51,817 nucleotides of DNA from Thermoanaerobaculales bacterium (GCA_024763555.1 JANTFG010000002.1:1-51817); one strand, 5' to 3'. Counted from the stretch's first letter, positions 8,058 to 18,155 are shown. The notes: generated by a model not told the origin, from the letters alone. Numbers and translations: made by a program.

Positions 8058-9418
8058 CGCATCCGGGAGTGGAAGTGCCGCATCACGGCCCCCAGGCAGG
8101 CGCCCCCGATGTTCCGCCCCTTCTCGGAGATCCGGCTGCAGAACTCCACCCGACCCCTGGGATCGACGTCGCCGATCTTCTGGCCCTTCCTCACCACGTA
8201 GCCCGGGTGAATCAGACCCCGGATGACCCCGGAAATCAATGTCCTGACGGGAAGTTCTCCCACCCGGCCCAGCTCCTGACCCGCCTCAACCAGATCACCG
8301 ATCCCGGAGGCGGCATCGAAGATTCCGTCTCCGGGAGACCTGAGTACCCGATCGGCCGTATGCCCGGCAATGGTGCCCGGCGTGTGGGTATTGGGCTGCG
8401 CCGGACCCTGCTCGATCAGACGGGCGAGATCGTGGCCGCGATTGGTTTCGATCACGAGATCGACGTCCTCAGCGGCTATAAAACCCGGGCCCAGTGCGAT
8501 CACCAGCTCGGCCTCATCGAAGAAGGACCCCTCGTTCCGTTTGAGCAGGCGGGCGTCGATGATGACCTCCGGGCGCAGACGACGCGCAGTCTCGCACTCG
8601 GGGTCGATCAGGACCGGAATGAATCTTCCCCGGAAATCCCGAAGCTCACCCGATTCTTCAAGGCTGAAGGCCCGGGCGGGCACTCCCTCGACCTCCACCT
8701 CGCCCTCCTGGATCGCCGTGGCGAAGGCGACGAGGCGCCGGATGGTCGTCGGTCTTTCAACATCGGTCATCATGACTTCGAAACCACTGGTGAAAAAACG
8801 ATGCGCCACGGCCGAGGCGATCTCCCCCGCCCCCTTGATCAGGATTCTCGGAAAACCGCCGAAATCTCCCGGATGGTCGAGATCCTCGACGACTCCCGGC
8901 TCATCAACCGGGATATCCAGGACATCCTCCGAATGAGCCCTGAGGATCTCCCGGGCGCCCACATCGCCCCGCTGACTGAGCAGCTCCTCCCTGAAGCTTC
9001 GGGCCATCAGCACCGGGTGTCCCGCCTTTCCCCGGAAGGAGGGGCGGGCGATTCCCCTGTCACTCCGAGAGAACTCATCGATCAGCCGATGCAGGGTGGA
9101 AACGCTGAGATTCGGCATGTCGGCCAGGGCGATGAGGTAGGCGTCCACATCCTCCGGAGCGGCCAGAATACCCGCCCGCATCGAGGAGGCCATGCCCTCT
9201 TCAAAGTCCGGATTGACGACGAGATCACATGCGACCGGGCCGTCGGGCCAGCTGAATCCCGGCTGCACGACCAGACTGAGGCCGTTAATCCGCGCCGAGG
9301 AGATCAGCGGAAGGAGGGCACGGTAGAGCACCCGCTCACCCCGGATTTTTATCAGGAGCTTATCCCGGCCCATGCGCTCAGAAGTCCCGGCGGCAAGCAG
9401 AATGGCGTGGATCTTCAA
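8054..9418 (-). CDS. fusion protein: MobA/MocA-like molybdenum cofactor nucleotidyltransferase plus YqeB-family selenium-dependent Mo hydroxylase maturation domain
   Basis: The N-terminus IHAILLAAGTSERMGRDKLL is a MobA-like NTP transferase. The C-terminal half (ILIKGAGEIASAVAHRFFTSGFEV ... KGQKIGDVDPRG) resembles the YqeB family. It overlaps yqeC by 4 nt. Confidence 0.75.
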   Translation of the reverse strand: MKIHAILLAAGTSERMGRDKLLIKIRGERVLYRALLPLISSARINGLSLVVQPGFSWPDGPVACDLVVNPDFEEGMASSMRAGILAAPEDVDAYLIALADMPNLSVSTLHRLIDEFSRSDRGIARPSFRGKAGHPVLMARSFREELLSQRGDVGAREILRAHSEDVLDIPVDEPGVVEDLDHPGDFGGFPRILIKGAGEIASAVAHRFFTSGFEVMMTDVERPTTIRRLVAFATAIQEGEVEVEGVPARAFSLEESGELRDFRGRFIPVLIDPECETARRLRPEVIIDARLLKRNEGSFFDEAELVIALGPGFIAAEDVDLVIETNRGHDLARLIEQGPAQPNTHTPGTIAGHTADRVLRSPGDGIFDAASGIGDLVEAGQELGRVGELPVRTLISGVIRGLIHPGYVVRKGQKIGDVDPRGRVEFCSRISEKGRNIGGACLGAVMRHFHSRMR

Positions 9419-9430
9419 GATCAGAGCCTC

Positions 9431-10915
9431 CTAGCGGTGTGCACCCGTCCCGCTCAGCTCCTCGCTCGTCCGGATGTGCGCAATGAATCGCTCCGAAAGA
9501 CGCTGAACGTCCCGCATCACCTCATCGGGCCTGGTGCCGTCCGCAAAGGGAAGGATCTTCCCATTCTCCTTGAGGATTCGGCCTGAAGCCACGACGGTAC
9601 TGATCTCGGATCCATCGGCCGCCCAGATCAGGTTCTCCACGAGGTTGTCCACCCGGGTCGGGATGAGGTTGGGCCGGTTGAGATCCACCAACACCCAGTC
9701 CGCCTGCCGTCCGGGGGCCAATTCGCCCTGGTTCAGCCCGAGAATCGCGGAGGGGACGACGGTGATCATCTCCATCAGCTGCTGCGCCGGCATCAGGGTG
9801 GCGTCCTGGTGCAAGGCCTTCTGATACTCGGCCGCCAGGCGGGCGGCGTTGAGAATATTCTGATTATCCGCCGAGCCGGAACCGTCGGTGGAGATCGCCA
9901 CCGGGATACCGGCTGCCATCATCTCGATGACGGGGGGCATGCCCGAACCCAGGATGGTATTGGCCAGGGGGTTATGCACGACCCGGGTCCCGGTGCGGGC
10001 GAGAATCTCGAGATCGGCGGGTCCGCAGTTGACCTGGTGCGCCAGCACCGTCTTCTCATCGAGAATCCCGATGGCATCGGCGTACTCCACCGGAGTCATC
10101 CCGGGCTCGATCTCTTCGGAAAACCAGCGGGTGGTATTGGGCTCCTCCGCACTGTGGACGTGAAAGAGCGTGCCGTGCTCCCGGGCCCATCGCTTGAGGG
10201 GAATCAGCTGCTCGCGGCTGTTGGAAAAGAGCTGGTCCGGACCGGGACAGAAGCTGGTGCGTTTCAGGCCCTCGAGCTTCAGGGCCTCATCGAGACGTTC
10301 GACGGCCTCTCCCGGGCTGTCCAGGACCTCCTCGACGTAGAATCGATCCTGTCCGCCGACGGCCACGATCATCGTGGTGCCCGCCGCCTCGTTGGCCTGA
10401 GCGATCTCCTGAAGGTAGTACTTGTTGAAATTGCAGTGGTGCACCATCGAGGCGGTGATGCCGTAGTGAATGTCGACCAGGCGCGCCATGCGGTAGACCG
10501 CCAGCTGGGGCACACAACCCAGCTCTTCACTCAGTTCCTCCCTCCGGCTCCGCATGAAGCCGGTGAAGGGATTGACGGCGTGGTCCAGCCAGGCGGTCAG
10601 GGCCTGGTCCTTGGCGATCCCGATCAGGGGCTGTTCATGGTCGTGCCCGTGGGCCTTGACGAAGGCCGGCAGGAGTACGGCGTTGATCATCGGAATCTCG
10701 TCGGCCAGGGGATCGCCCATCACCTCCAGCGCGGATCCGTAGTTTTCCTCAAGCCTCCGGCCGATCTCTTCGGTGAAATGACCGACTTCGAGGATCTCCT
10801 CGCCCTCGGCCAGCACATAGCCGTCCTCGATCCGCTCGGAGCGATCGGGCTCAGCAAAGGGCAGAAGGTAGCGGGCCCTGCAGAGGAGAAAAGGGCCTTT
10901 CTTCGGCGCCGGCAT
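9431..10915 (-). CDS. metal-dependent amidohydrolase (SsnA / guanine-deaminase-like)
   Basis: The layout is amidohydrolase-like, with an HxH motif (KAHGHDH), HVHSAE, and ISTDGSGS with an Asp near the C-terminus. The exact subfamily cannot be decided without a search. Confidence 0.75.
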   Translation of the reverse strand: MPAPKKGPFLLCRARYLLPFAEPDRSERIEDGYVLAEGEEILEVGHFTEEIGRRLEENYGSALEVMGDPLADEIPMINAVLLPAFVKAHGHDHEQPLIGIAKDQALTAWLDHAVNPFTGFMRSRREELSEELGCVPQLAVYRMARLVDIHYGITASMVHHCNFNKYYLQEIAQANEAAGTTMIVAVGGQDRFYVEEVLDSPGEAVERLDEALKLEGLKRTSFCPGPDQLFSNSREQLIPLKRWAREHGTLFHVHSAEEPNTTRWFSEEIEPGMTPVEYADAIGILDEKTVLAHQVNCGPADLEILARTGTRVVHNPLANTILGSGMPPVIEMMAAGIPVAISTDGSGSADNQNILNAARLAAEYQKALHQDATLMPAQQLMEMITVVPSAILGLNQGELAPGRQADWVLVDLNRPNLIPTRVDNLVENLIWAADGSEISTVVASGRILKENGKILPFADGTRPDEVMRDVQRLSERFIAHIRTSEELSGTGAHR

Positions 10916-10917
10916 CT

Positions 10918-13782
10918 TCAGAGCCTCCCCAGGGCACGGAGGATTTTTTCCGCGCTGAAGGGCCAGCTCCGGATCCAGACGCCGGTCGCATCATGAATGG
11001 CCGAGGCCAGGGCCGGGGCGGCGCCGTTACAGGCCACCTCAGAGATCGACTTGACCCCGTAGGGACCGAAGGGATCGTCGGTCTCGATCAGTTCCGCCGT
11101 GAATTCCCCGGGGACATCCCCGATCATCGGCACCTTGTAGGAATGCAGGCTCGGATTCGTACAGCACCCACTCTCATCCAGGACCATCTCCTCAAAAAGC
11201 GCATGACCGATGGTCTTCATTACGCCGCCGTAAACCTGGCCCAGGGCGAGCTTGGGATTGATCGGCGTCCCGCAGTCATGGAGCGCCACGTATTTCTGAA
11301 CCTCCACCTCTCCCGTCCGGGTGTTGACTCCCACCTGGGCAAGATGCACGGCATAGGGAAAGGAGCTGTTCTCACCCGTGAAGACCCCGCTGGCCACCAG
11401 CTGGCCGCAGCCGTCGCCGCCCTGGGTGTAGCGGGCGATCTCATCAAATCCCACCGATCCCGACTTGCCCTGCACCCGGCTGGGATAGACGAGTTCCAGG
11501 TTTTCCCGGGGTTCCGCCATCATCTCCTGCGCGACGTCGAGAATCATCTCCTTCATCCGCTTGGCCGCGTTGAGCGCGGCGCCACCGGAGAAATAAGTCC
11601 CGCTGGACGCATAGGCACCGACATCAAAGGGCGTCACATCGGTGTCCGCGGCGATGATCGAGATATTCTCCATGGGCGTGCAGAGGTACTCCGCCGCCAT
11701 CTTCGTACTGACCGTGTCCAGACCGGTGCCCAGATCGGTTCCGCCGCTTAAGAGAATGAAGGTTCCGTCCCCGAACATCGAGATGACGGCATTGGCCGCA
11801 TCGAGGTGGGGCAGACCCGAACCCTGCTGGATGATCGCGAATCCCTTGCCGATCTTCACATCGGGATCATCGCTCTCCTCCTTCCGGCCCCAGCCGATCA
11901 GCTCGGAACCGCGCTCAAGGGCCGGTCCCAGCGCACAGGTATAGACCTTCTCGGGCGAGCCTTCCCGACCCTCTCCGAGACAGCGGAGAATCTCTAAAAC
12001 GACACCTTCGCGGACCCTGTTCTTCTCGATGAAATCCATCTGGTCCATGCCCAATTCATCGGCAAGTTCCGCTGCCGCCAGCTGCATGGCGAAGGAACCC
12101 TGGGGCGCGCCGTAACCCTGATAGGCCCCCGTCGGCGGGATATTGGAATACCAGGAATGCACATCGAAGTGGACGTTGTCGCAGAGCAAAAGCGGCAGGG
12201 CCTTGGAGCAGCCGTTCATCGGCACCGTCAGGCAGTGGTCGCCGAAGGGTCCGGTGTTGCAGTCCACATCCATCTGCATGGCCGTCAGTTTTCCATCTTT
12301 CTTTGCGCCGAGTTTGATCCGGATCTTCATAGGATGACGGGTTCTCGAGGCAATGAACTCCTCTTTGCGGCTCATCCGGTAATAGACTGATCGACCCGTA
12401 CTCCAGGTCGCCCAGGCGGCGATGTCCTCCACCACCATGTCCTGCTTCGCCCCGAAGGCGCCGCCGGTCTTCTCCTTGATCACCCGGATCTGATTCTCAC
12501 GGATATTGAGGATCCGGGCGAGGATGCGGCGGATATGCCAGGGCACCTGCGTCGAGGCGTGAACCACCAGCCGGCCCGCAACCATTTTGGTATACACGAC
12601 ATGGGGTTCCAAGGGCGTACACTGGACCTGCGCCGTCTCATACTCCCGCTCGACGATGACATCGGCCTCGGCGAAACCTTCTTCGATATCACCGATGCCG
12701 CCGCTGACGGATGCCGCGAGATTGCGGCTCGGGTCGCCGTGAATCGGGAACTGGTAGATGATCGTCCCGTCACGGGAATCCGCCTTCGAGTTATCGAGAT
12801 CCGGTGGAGCCCCGACAACGTATTCCACGGGTCCGCTGTGAACCAGGGGCGCACCGGGCGCACAGGCCTCTTCGATGCTGAATACGGGTTTGAGAACATC
12901 GTAGTCGACCTCGATGGACTCGAGGGCCAGAGCCGCGATCTCCTCGGTCTCCGCAAGCACGGCCGCCACCCTGTCGCCGATGTGGCGCATCTTCCGGCTG
13001 AAGAGATAGTGGTCATAGGGCGAGGGCTCCGGGAAGCCCTGGCCGGCGCAGCCGTAGGGAATATCCGGGCAGTTCTCATAGCTGAAAACCGCAACGACGC
13101 CGTCCATGGCCTCGGCCTTCGAAGTATCGATGCTCCTGATCCAGGCCGAAGCGTGCGGGCTCCCGAGAACCTTGAGGTAACAGGCATCCGCCTCGACCCG
13201 GTCTTCGACAAAGGCCTTCTCGCCACGCACCAGCTGGGGCGCATCCACCTTCGGGCGCACCTTGCCGATCACCCGAAGCTCTCCGCCGAACTCAGGGGCC
13301 GGCGGCGCCTTGAAATCGGGATCCGAGAGCCTTTCCTTTGCCAGGCTAACGGCATCGAAGAACTGCTGGTAGCCCGTACACCGGCAAAAGGTGCCGGAGA
13401 GGGCGTCACGGATCTCGGCCCTGTCCGGGTCGGGATTCCGTTCAAGCAGCTCATGCACGGCCAGCTGCATGGAGGGCGTACAGTAACCGCACTGAACCAC
13501 CCCGGCATCGACGAAGGCTGACTGGACGATGGAGAGGGAGCGGTGGCGATTGAGAAACTCGATCGTCCTGATGTCTTTTCCATCGACCTGGGCCGCACGA
13601 AGGAGACAGGAATTCATCTGGCGTCCGTCGATAAGCACTGCGCAGGCCCCGCAGGAGCCCTCTCCGTCACAACCCTTCCGGACCCCGAGGACCCCGTCAG
13701 CCTGGAGGACTTCCAGCAGCTTGGCGCCCGGGTCGACATCGAATTCACGCAGGCGGCCGTTGAGAGTGAAGTGAATCTTCAT
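10918..13782 (-). CDS. xdhD: xanthine dehydrogenase family molybdopterin hydroxylase, fused [2Fe-2S] and Moco-binding subunit (XdhD-like)
   Basis: The N-terminal 2Fe-2S motifs are GCDGEGSCGACAV, CGYCTP and FCRCTGY, followed by aldehyde oxidase/xanthine dehydrogenase large-subunit domains. At 954 aa it has the E. coli XdhD-like fused architecture. Confidence 0.88.
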   Translation of the reverse strand: MKIHFTLNGRLREFDVDPGAKLLEVLQADGVLGVRKGCDGEGSCGACAVLIDGRQMNSCLLRAAQVDGKDIRTIEFLNRHRSLSIVQSAFVDAGVVQCGYCTPSMQLAVHELLERNPDPDRAEIRDALSGTFCRCTGYQQFFDAVSLAKERLSDPDFKAPPAPEFGGELRVIGKVRPKVDAPQLVRGEKAFVEDRVEADACYLKVLGSPHASAWIRSIDTSKAEAMDGVVAVFSYENCPDIPYGCAGQGFPEPSPYDHYLFSRKMRHIGDRVAAVLAETEEIAALALESIEVDYDVLKPVFSIEEACAPGAPLVHSGPVEYVVGAPPDLDNSKADSRDGTIIYQFPIHGDPSRNLAASVSGGIGDIEEGFAEADVIVEREYETAQVQCTPLEPHVVYTKMVAGRLVVHASTQVPWHIRRILARILNIRENQIRVIKEKTGGAFGAKQDMVVEDIAAWATWSTGRSVYYRMSRKEEFIASRTRHPMKIRIKLGAKKDGKLTAMQMDVDCNTGPFGDHCLTVPMNGCSKALPLLLCDNVHFDVHSWYSNIPPTGAYQGYGAPQGSFAMQLAAAELADELGMDQMDFIEKNRVREGVVLEILRCLGEGREGSPEKVYTCALGPALERGSELIGWGRKEESDDPDVKIGKGFAIIQQGSGLPHLDAANAVISMFGDGTFILLSGGTDLGTGLDTVSTKMAAEYLCTPMENISIIAADTDVTPFDVGAYASSGTYFSGGAALNAAKRMKEMILDVAQEMMAEPRENLELVYPSRVQGKSGSVGFDEIARYTQGGDGCGQLVASGVFTGENSSFPYAVHLAQVGVNTRTGEVEVQKYVALHDCGTPINPKLALGQVYGGVMKTIGHALFEEMVLDESGCCTNPSLHSYKVPMIGDVPGEFTAELIETDDPFGPYGVKSISEVACNGAAPALASAIHDATGVWIRSWPFSAEKILRALGRL

Positions 13783-14588
13783 GAGGCCACCTCCGTCAGG
13801 GCCTTCGCCACGAGGACCCCGGCCATATGTTTCCTGAATTCGGCGGTCGCACGGGAATCCGTTTCGGCCCGCACCTGCTCCCGCACCATGCTCTCAATCT
13901 GCTCACGCGGCGGAAGGGTTGAGCCCTCCAGGCTCTCCTCGACCCTGATCAGCCGCTGCGGCAGGGGGCCCGGGCCGCCAATGACGATTCTCGACCTTGA
14001 GACCGCAGCATCCTTTTTCGCCACAAAAACCGCGACCGACAGTAGTGCCAGGTCAATTGTCGAGCGTCGATACTGGGCGACGGCAGCCCCTCCATCGGCG
14101 GGGAAGCTCGGAATCCGAACGGCCGTAATCAGGCCCTCCCGGGCGCCGTCCAGATACTCCGGGATCCCGAGCGAGATCGGAGCCAGATCGGCATCGAGAA
14201 GATCGAGTTTCGCGTCGAGGGCGATCAGGAGGGGCAGCACCGAGGCATAGGGGTGAGCGGCCGCCACATGACCTCCGATCGTGGCCTGGTTTCGGATCGA
14301 ACGATTCTCGACCTGAAGACAGGCCCGATGGAGCACCTCTGGAAGCTCTTCAGCTTCAAGAATCTCCTGGATCGTGGCGGCCGCACCGATGATGATCTCC
14401 TCGCCGCGAAACTCGATCGACTTCGAATTGACCCGAGCCAGAGAGATGAGATCTTCGATCCCCTCCTCCTGCGAGGTCTGTGAATTCAGCTCGCTTCCTC
14501 CCCCGAGGAAACGTGCCCCCTCCCCCAGAGAGGCCTTCAGCTCGAGGGCCTCCCGAGCGCTTTCCGGAATATGAAATCCTGAAACCAT
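13779..14588 (-). CDS. FAD-binding (medium) subunit of xanthine dehydrogenase family enzyme
   Basis: The motifs FLGGGSEL and ATIGGHVA are typical of the CO dehydrogenase flavoprotein / FAD_binding_5 family. The start is set at the internal ATG 14588 (MVSGFHIP), preceded by GGAAGG. It overlaps the xdhD-like start by 4 nt. Confidence 0.8.
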   Translation of the reverse strand: MVSGFHIPESAREALELKASLGEGARFLGGGSELNSQTSQEEGIEDLISLARVNSKSIEFRGEEIIIGAAATIQEILEAEELPEVLHRACLQVENRSIRNQATIGGHVAAAHPYASVLPLLIALDAKLDLLDADLAPISLGIPEYLDGAREGLITAVRIPSFPADGGAAVAQYRRSTIDLALLSVAVFVAKKDAAVSRSRIVIGGPGPLPQRLIRVEESLEGSTLPPREQIESMVREQVRAETDSRATAEFRKHMAGVLVAKALTEVAS

Positions 14589-14628
14589 AGAACCTTCCCA
14601 TCCACGCCGGACCGATCGACGTCGAGAT

Positions 14629-16689
14629 CTACTCGTCACCTCTCATTATCTCACTATTTGACGGCAGGAACCATGGGGCCTTTCCGAGGGCTTGAGCTGT
14701 GGGCTGATTCGAGGCGAAGCAGCTCTTCTTGTCCTGCCGCTCCGAGACCCCTCCGATACGGAACCATCTGATCCCCAGAGCCAGCTTTCTCGAGTCGCGG
14801 CTTGCCGAAAGCTCACTGGGCGCCACCGCATCGGGGAGGAGGAAAATCAGCGAATTCTCCTTCTCAAAACGACCTTCCGGCACCTTCGTCTCGTGGAGAT
14901 GAGGGCGTCTCTGATCACAGACGAAGGAATCGATACTCTTCCCGTTCAGCACAAGGCTGATTCTCTGTCGATGAAAACAGAAGATCTCCATCGAGATCCG
15001 CGAAAAGCGCCGGGCATCTCTGAGCGAGAATGACAACTCAGCACGATTCCCGCGGCTCCAGCGGTGGTTCTTCTCCGCTCGGAACCAGCCGGCGCCGAGG
15101 AAGTTCTCGGCCTCCGCAGAGCCGAAGTCGATCTGCTGTCCGCCACGAAACAGAGCAGGCGGTCTCCTCCTGAGACTCACTTCCCGGATCTCGATCCCGT
15201 CGAATTTCCCGAGTACGGTCTGAGACCCGGAGCCAAGCACCCACTTCGCGAGTTCCTCATCCTGCAGGCCGGAGACATTACCCGGCGTCGTACACACCCA
15301 GACCCTTGCCGAATCCGCACTTCTCATCATCCGTTGAAGCGAGTCTCGAGTCTGTTGTGGAATCTCCTCGTGCGTATAGTATGAGGCCATCATTCGATAA
15401 AAATTCGGCGAGAAAACCGCCGCATCGGGAGGGCCTGCCTGCTGCCAGAAAGCCGCAAACTCCGTCAATCCTCTCTTCGTGATGGCCTCCTCCTGACACC
15501 ATGAACCGAAGGCCATCAGGAGGAACAACGGACCGAAGACCAGGAAGCGCAGGACCCATGACCGCATCGCGGCACACTCCCCGGCAGCAAGAACCAGGAA
15601 AGGCGCAAGCACGAGCAGGCAGAAGCGGGGTGGATAATAAATGGGCTCAAAGAAGAGACTCATCAGCAGCACGAGAACAACCGGTCCAAAGATCAGCCAG
15701 AGGAGCAGGCCCCGGTCCGCCCCCCGGTCGGCGGGCTGATTCTCCACTCCGGATTTTCCCGCAAGACCCCGGGCGCGACTCAGTGCCGATCCCAGGACAA
15801 AGAGAACCAGGATCCAGGCCGGCCATGTAAGTCGGTGTCGAAGCACCCGAGCAACTCCTCCGCAGAAGGGAAAGAAGAAGAGATCCACAAGAAAGCGATA
15901 GACCGTGCTCGGTGTGGCCTGGGGAATCCAGCCGAGAATCGCCCTGCTGAAGAACACTCCCCGAACCCCAATGACAAAGCTCGCCCAGGCGCCAACAACC
16001 GCGAGGCACACAAGACCGATCACAACAAAAACAGTCGCCTGACGGAAACGCCGCTTCCACAGGAAAAACCCGAGAGCATAGAGGCCCTGAGCCAGGAGAA
16101 TCATGGAGCCGACGAGGTGCGTCAAACAGAGAAGCACGGCCGACAATGCGTAGAGGCCGGCCCACGGCGCCCAGGGCAAAGAGCGATTCTGTTCCCCGAC
16201 CCGGGCATGGAACCATCGCCGGAGAAAATAGGAGGAGGCAAGAGCTAGAGTCGCCGCCTGGCTGTACATGCGTGCTTCCTGGGCGTAATAGAGATCCAGT
16301 GGATTCACCGCCGCGAGGAGCCCGGCCATGATGGAGATCCTCGGCCCCCCAATATCCCGGGCAAAGAGCATCAGGAATACGATACCGAGGAGACTCCACG
16401 CCGTACTCAATCCTCTGATCGCGGATTCGGAATCTCCAAACACCCTCCTGATGAGAGAAACCTCCAGAAAATACAGCGGCGGATGCGTATCCCGGGCATT
16501 CGCCTTCAGAATGTGCTGGAAGCTCCCCTCACTCAGATGAGACGTACAGACCTCGTCCAGCCAGAAGGGCTCCTTTGAGATTCCTGCCAGTCGCAGACCG
16601 GCTGCCAGGATCAGGATGAGTATCATGAAGAGGAGAAATCGACGCCCGGAATCCCGAAAACTCATGGACAGGAGTGTACTCCAGCCCAC
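14629..16689 (-). CDS. membrane glycosyltransferase family 39 (ArnT/PMT-like) protein
   Basis: It has many TM segments and an N-terminal EPFWLDEV ... HPPLYF motif typical of GT39/ArnT-like enzymes, plus a C-terminal soluble extension. The start codon is uncertain (GTG at 16689 or ATG at 16665). Confidence 0.7.
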   Translation of the reverse strand: MGWSTLLSMSFRDSGRRFLLFMILILILAAGLRLAGISKEPFWLDEVCTSHLSEGSFQHILKANARDTHPPLYFLEVSLIRRVFGDSESAIRGLSTAWSLLGIVFLMLFARDIGGPRISIMAGLLAAVNPLDLYYAQEARMYSQAATLALASSYFLRRWFHARVGEQNRSLPWAPWAGLYALSAVLLCLTHLVGSMILLAQGLYALGFFLWKRRFRQATVFVVIGLVCLAVVGAWASFVIGVRGVFFSRAILGWIPQATPSTVYRFLVDLFFFPFCGGVARVLRHRLTWPAWILVLFVLGSALSRARGLAGKSGVENQPADRGADRGLLLWLIFGPVVLVLLMSLFFEPIYYPPRFCLLVLAPFLVLAAGECAAMRSWVLRFLVFGPLFLLMAFGSWCQEEAITKRGLTEFAAFWQQAGPPDAAVFSPNFYRMMASYYTHEEIPQQTRDSLQRMMRSADSARVWVCTTPGNVSGLQDEELAKWVLGSGSQTVLGKFDGIEIREVSLRRRPPALFRGGQQIDFGSAEAENFLGAGWFRAEKNHRWSRGNRAELSFSLRDARRFSRISMEIFCFHRQRISLVLNGKSIDSFVCDQRRPHLHETKVPEGRFEKENSLIFLLPDAVAPSELSASRDSRKLALGIRWFRIGGVSERQDKKSCFASNQPTAQALGKAPWFLPSNSEIMRGDE

Positions 16690-16827
16690 CTTCCCTCACC
16701 GGGAGGAATCAAGTCCGGAATCCGAAGAGGCGCTGCGCCGCAGGATGAAATCACCACTCAGAGTCAACTTTTTCCATGGGGATTCGTCAAGAGAAGAAGT
16801 ATAATGGAGAAAACTCCGGGGAGGCTG

Positions 16828-17325
16828 ATGATGTTCTGGAAAAAATATGCTGTTTCAATCGTGGCTTTCGGTGTTCTGGTCACCGCCTGCTGCTTCACCG
16901 CCGATATGGCCAATGCCGCCGAAGCGATCGCGAGCGGAGAAACAAACTGGGACGGAGTGACGGTGAATGTCATGAGCGTCGTCCGCAAGGGCCGGGTCCT
17001 GACTGTCAAGTTCGCCGCAGTGAACGAGGGAGAGACGGAGCAGACGGTCGGTTTCGGTTTCACCGGAAAACAGAACTCATGCTACGCCGTGGATGAGGAG
17101 AGCGGCACGAAATACTATGTGTTGACCGACAAGGAAAATCATCCCATCGCATCGGCCGATGAATTCGTCGGCAATGGTGCACGGGGACTGAAGAGAGCGA
17201 TCCAGCCCGGAAAGACACTGCGTGTATGGATGAAGCTCCCGGCGCCGCCGCCCGATGTCAAGACCATTTCTCTCTTTCTCAACGAAACGGAGCCCATTGA
17301 AGATGTGCCGATCACGGACAAGTAA
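16828..17325 (+). CDS. small secreted hypothetical protein
   Basis: It has a signal peptide (MMFWKKYAVSIVAFGVLVTACCFTADMANA). GGGGAGG lies just upstream of the ATGATG at 16828/16831. No family is recognised. Confidence 0.55.
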   Translation: MMFWKKYAVSIVAFGVLVTACCFTADMANAAEAIASGETNWDGVTVNVMSVVRKGRVLTVKFAAVNEGETEQTVGFGFTGKQNSCYAVDEESGTKYYVLTDKENHPIASADEFVGNGARGLKRAIQPGKTLRVWMKLPAPPPDVKTISLFLNETEPIEDVPITDK

Positions 17326-18097
17326 CACAGCACCCGGCCCGGTACTCCTGGTGTTCCTGGTCCTGATTCTCGGATGCGGCGCTTCCCCGCACGACGCCCA
17401 ATCCCCTCAAGGCCCGGGAGCACAAGATGGGCAACAGCTCGCAGCCGTTGAATCCTCCAGTCCGGAAGCAGAGCAGAGCCTCAGCCCACCCGCTTCTCCC
17501 GCTTCTCCCGCTTCTCCCGCAAAGGCCTTGATCAACTGGGAGGATCCCGAGCCGCCGGAAGCTCAGGCCCTGGCCGAATCCCTCGTCGCCGAGCCCTTCA
17601 ACGAGGACAAGACGAGCCGCCTCGTCATGCACATCACCACGCTGCTCAATCAGACATCAGGAATCGAGGGCTTTGCCACGAGCCTGAGCCCGAAGGCAGC
17701 CACGCTTGCGGATCGTCTCGACGCCCTTCAAGCCGAGGAAAGCGAAACCGAGATCAGGATCCGACTCTCAGGCGCCATCCTTTTTGACTTTGACTCCTCA
17801 GCAGTTCGCCCCGATGCCGAAAGAACCCTGGGCGAACTTCTTGAGATATTCAAGAGCTTCCATGATCGTCCCATCCGAGTCGAAGGGCACACGGATTCCA
17901 TCGCCTCGGAAAACTACAACCAGAAACTCTCCGAAGAAAGGGCACAATCCGTGGCCCGATGGTTGATCGCTCATGGAGTTCGTCAGGGAAGAATCAAAAC
18001 CCTCGGTTACGGCGAAAGCCGTCCCCTTGCCGATAACACAACTGCCGAGGGCCGCCAGAAAAATCGCAGGGTGGAAATCATCATCGAGAAGAAATGA
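17303..18097 (+). CDS. OmpA-family lipoprotein (peptidoglycan-associated)
   Basis: The C-terminal OmpA-like domain reads RVEGHTDSIASENYNQKLSEERAQSVARWL ... NRRVEIII. A lipobox LILGC lies in the N-terminal signal. The start is set at ATG 17303, which overlaps the upstream gene. Confidence 0.8.
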   Translation: MCRSRTSNTAPGPVLLVFLVLILGCGASPHDAQSPQGPGAQDGQQLAAVESSSPEAEQSLSPPASPASPASPAKALINWEDPEPPEAQALAESLVAEPFNEDKTSRLVMHITTLLNQTSGIEGFATSLSPKAATLADRLDALQAEESETEIRIRLSGAILFDFDSSAVRPDAERTLGELLEIFKSFHDRPIRVEGHTDSIASENYNQKLSEERAQSVARWLIAHGVRQGRIKTLGYGESRPLADNTTAEGRQKNRRVEIIIEKK

Positions 18098-18155
18098 GGA
18101 CAACAGGTAGAAAAGGCTAACCCAGTCCGGCGACAGAAGACCGCAAAGCCGAAAA

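Noticed and set aside
8069-9586. A 505-aa plus-strand ORF, one of the longest in the track.
   Set aside because: It is antisense to the clearly recognisable MocA-YqeB gene. Its composition is Arg/Pro/Gly-rich and I recognise no family motifs, which is typical of a shadow ORF in GC-rich DNA.
9809-10996. A 395-aa plus-strand ORF.
   Set aside because: It is antisense to the amidohydrolase gene. It is low-information, Gly/Arg/Leu-rich sequence with no motifs.
7305-14588. In-frame UGA (selenocysteine) recoding within the selenium-related cluster or near selC.
   Set aside because: All genes here read through as single uninterrupted ORFs. I saw no same-frame ORF pairs split by TGA. The Se-Mo hydroxylase trait uses a labile selenium cofactor, not Sec.
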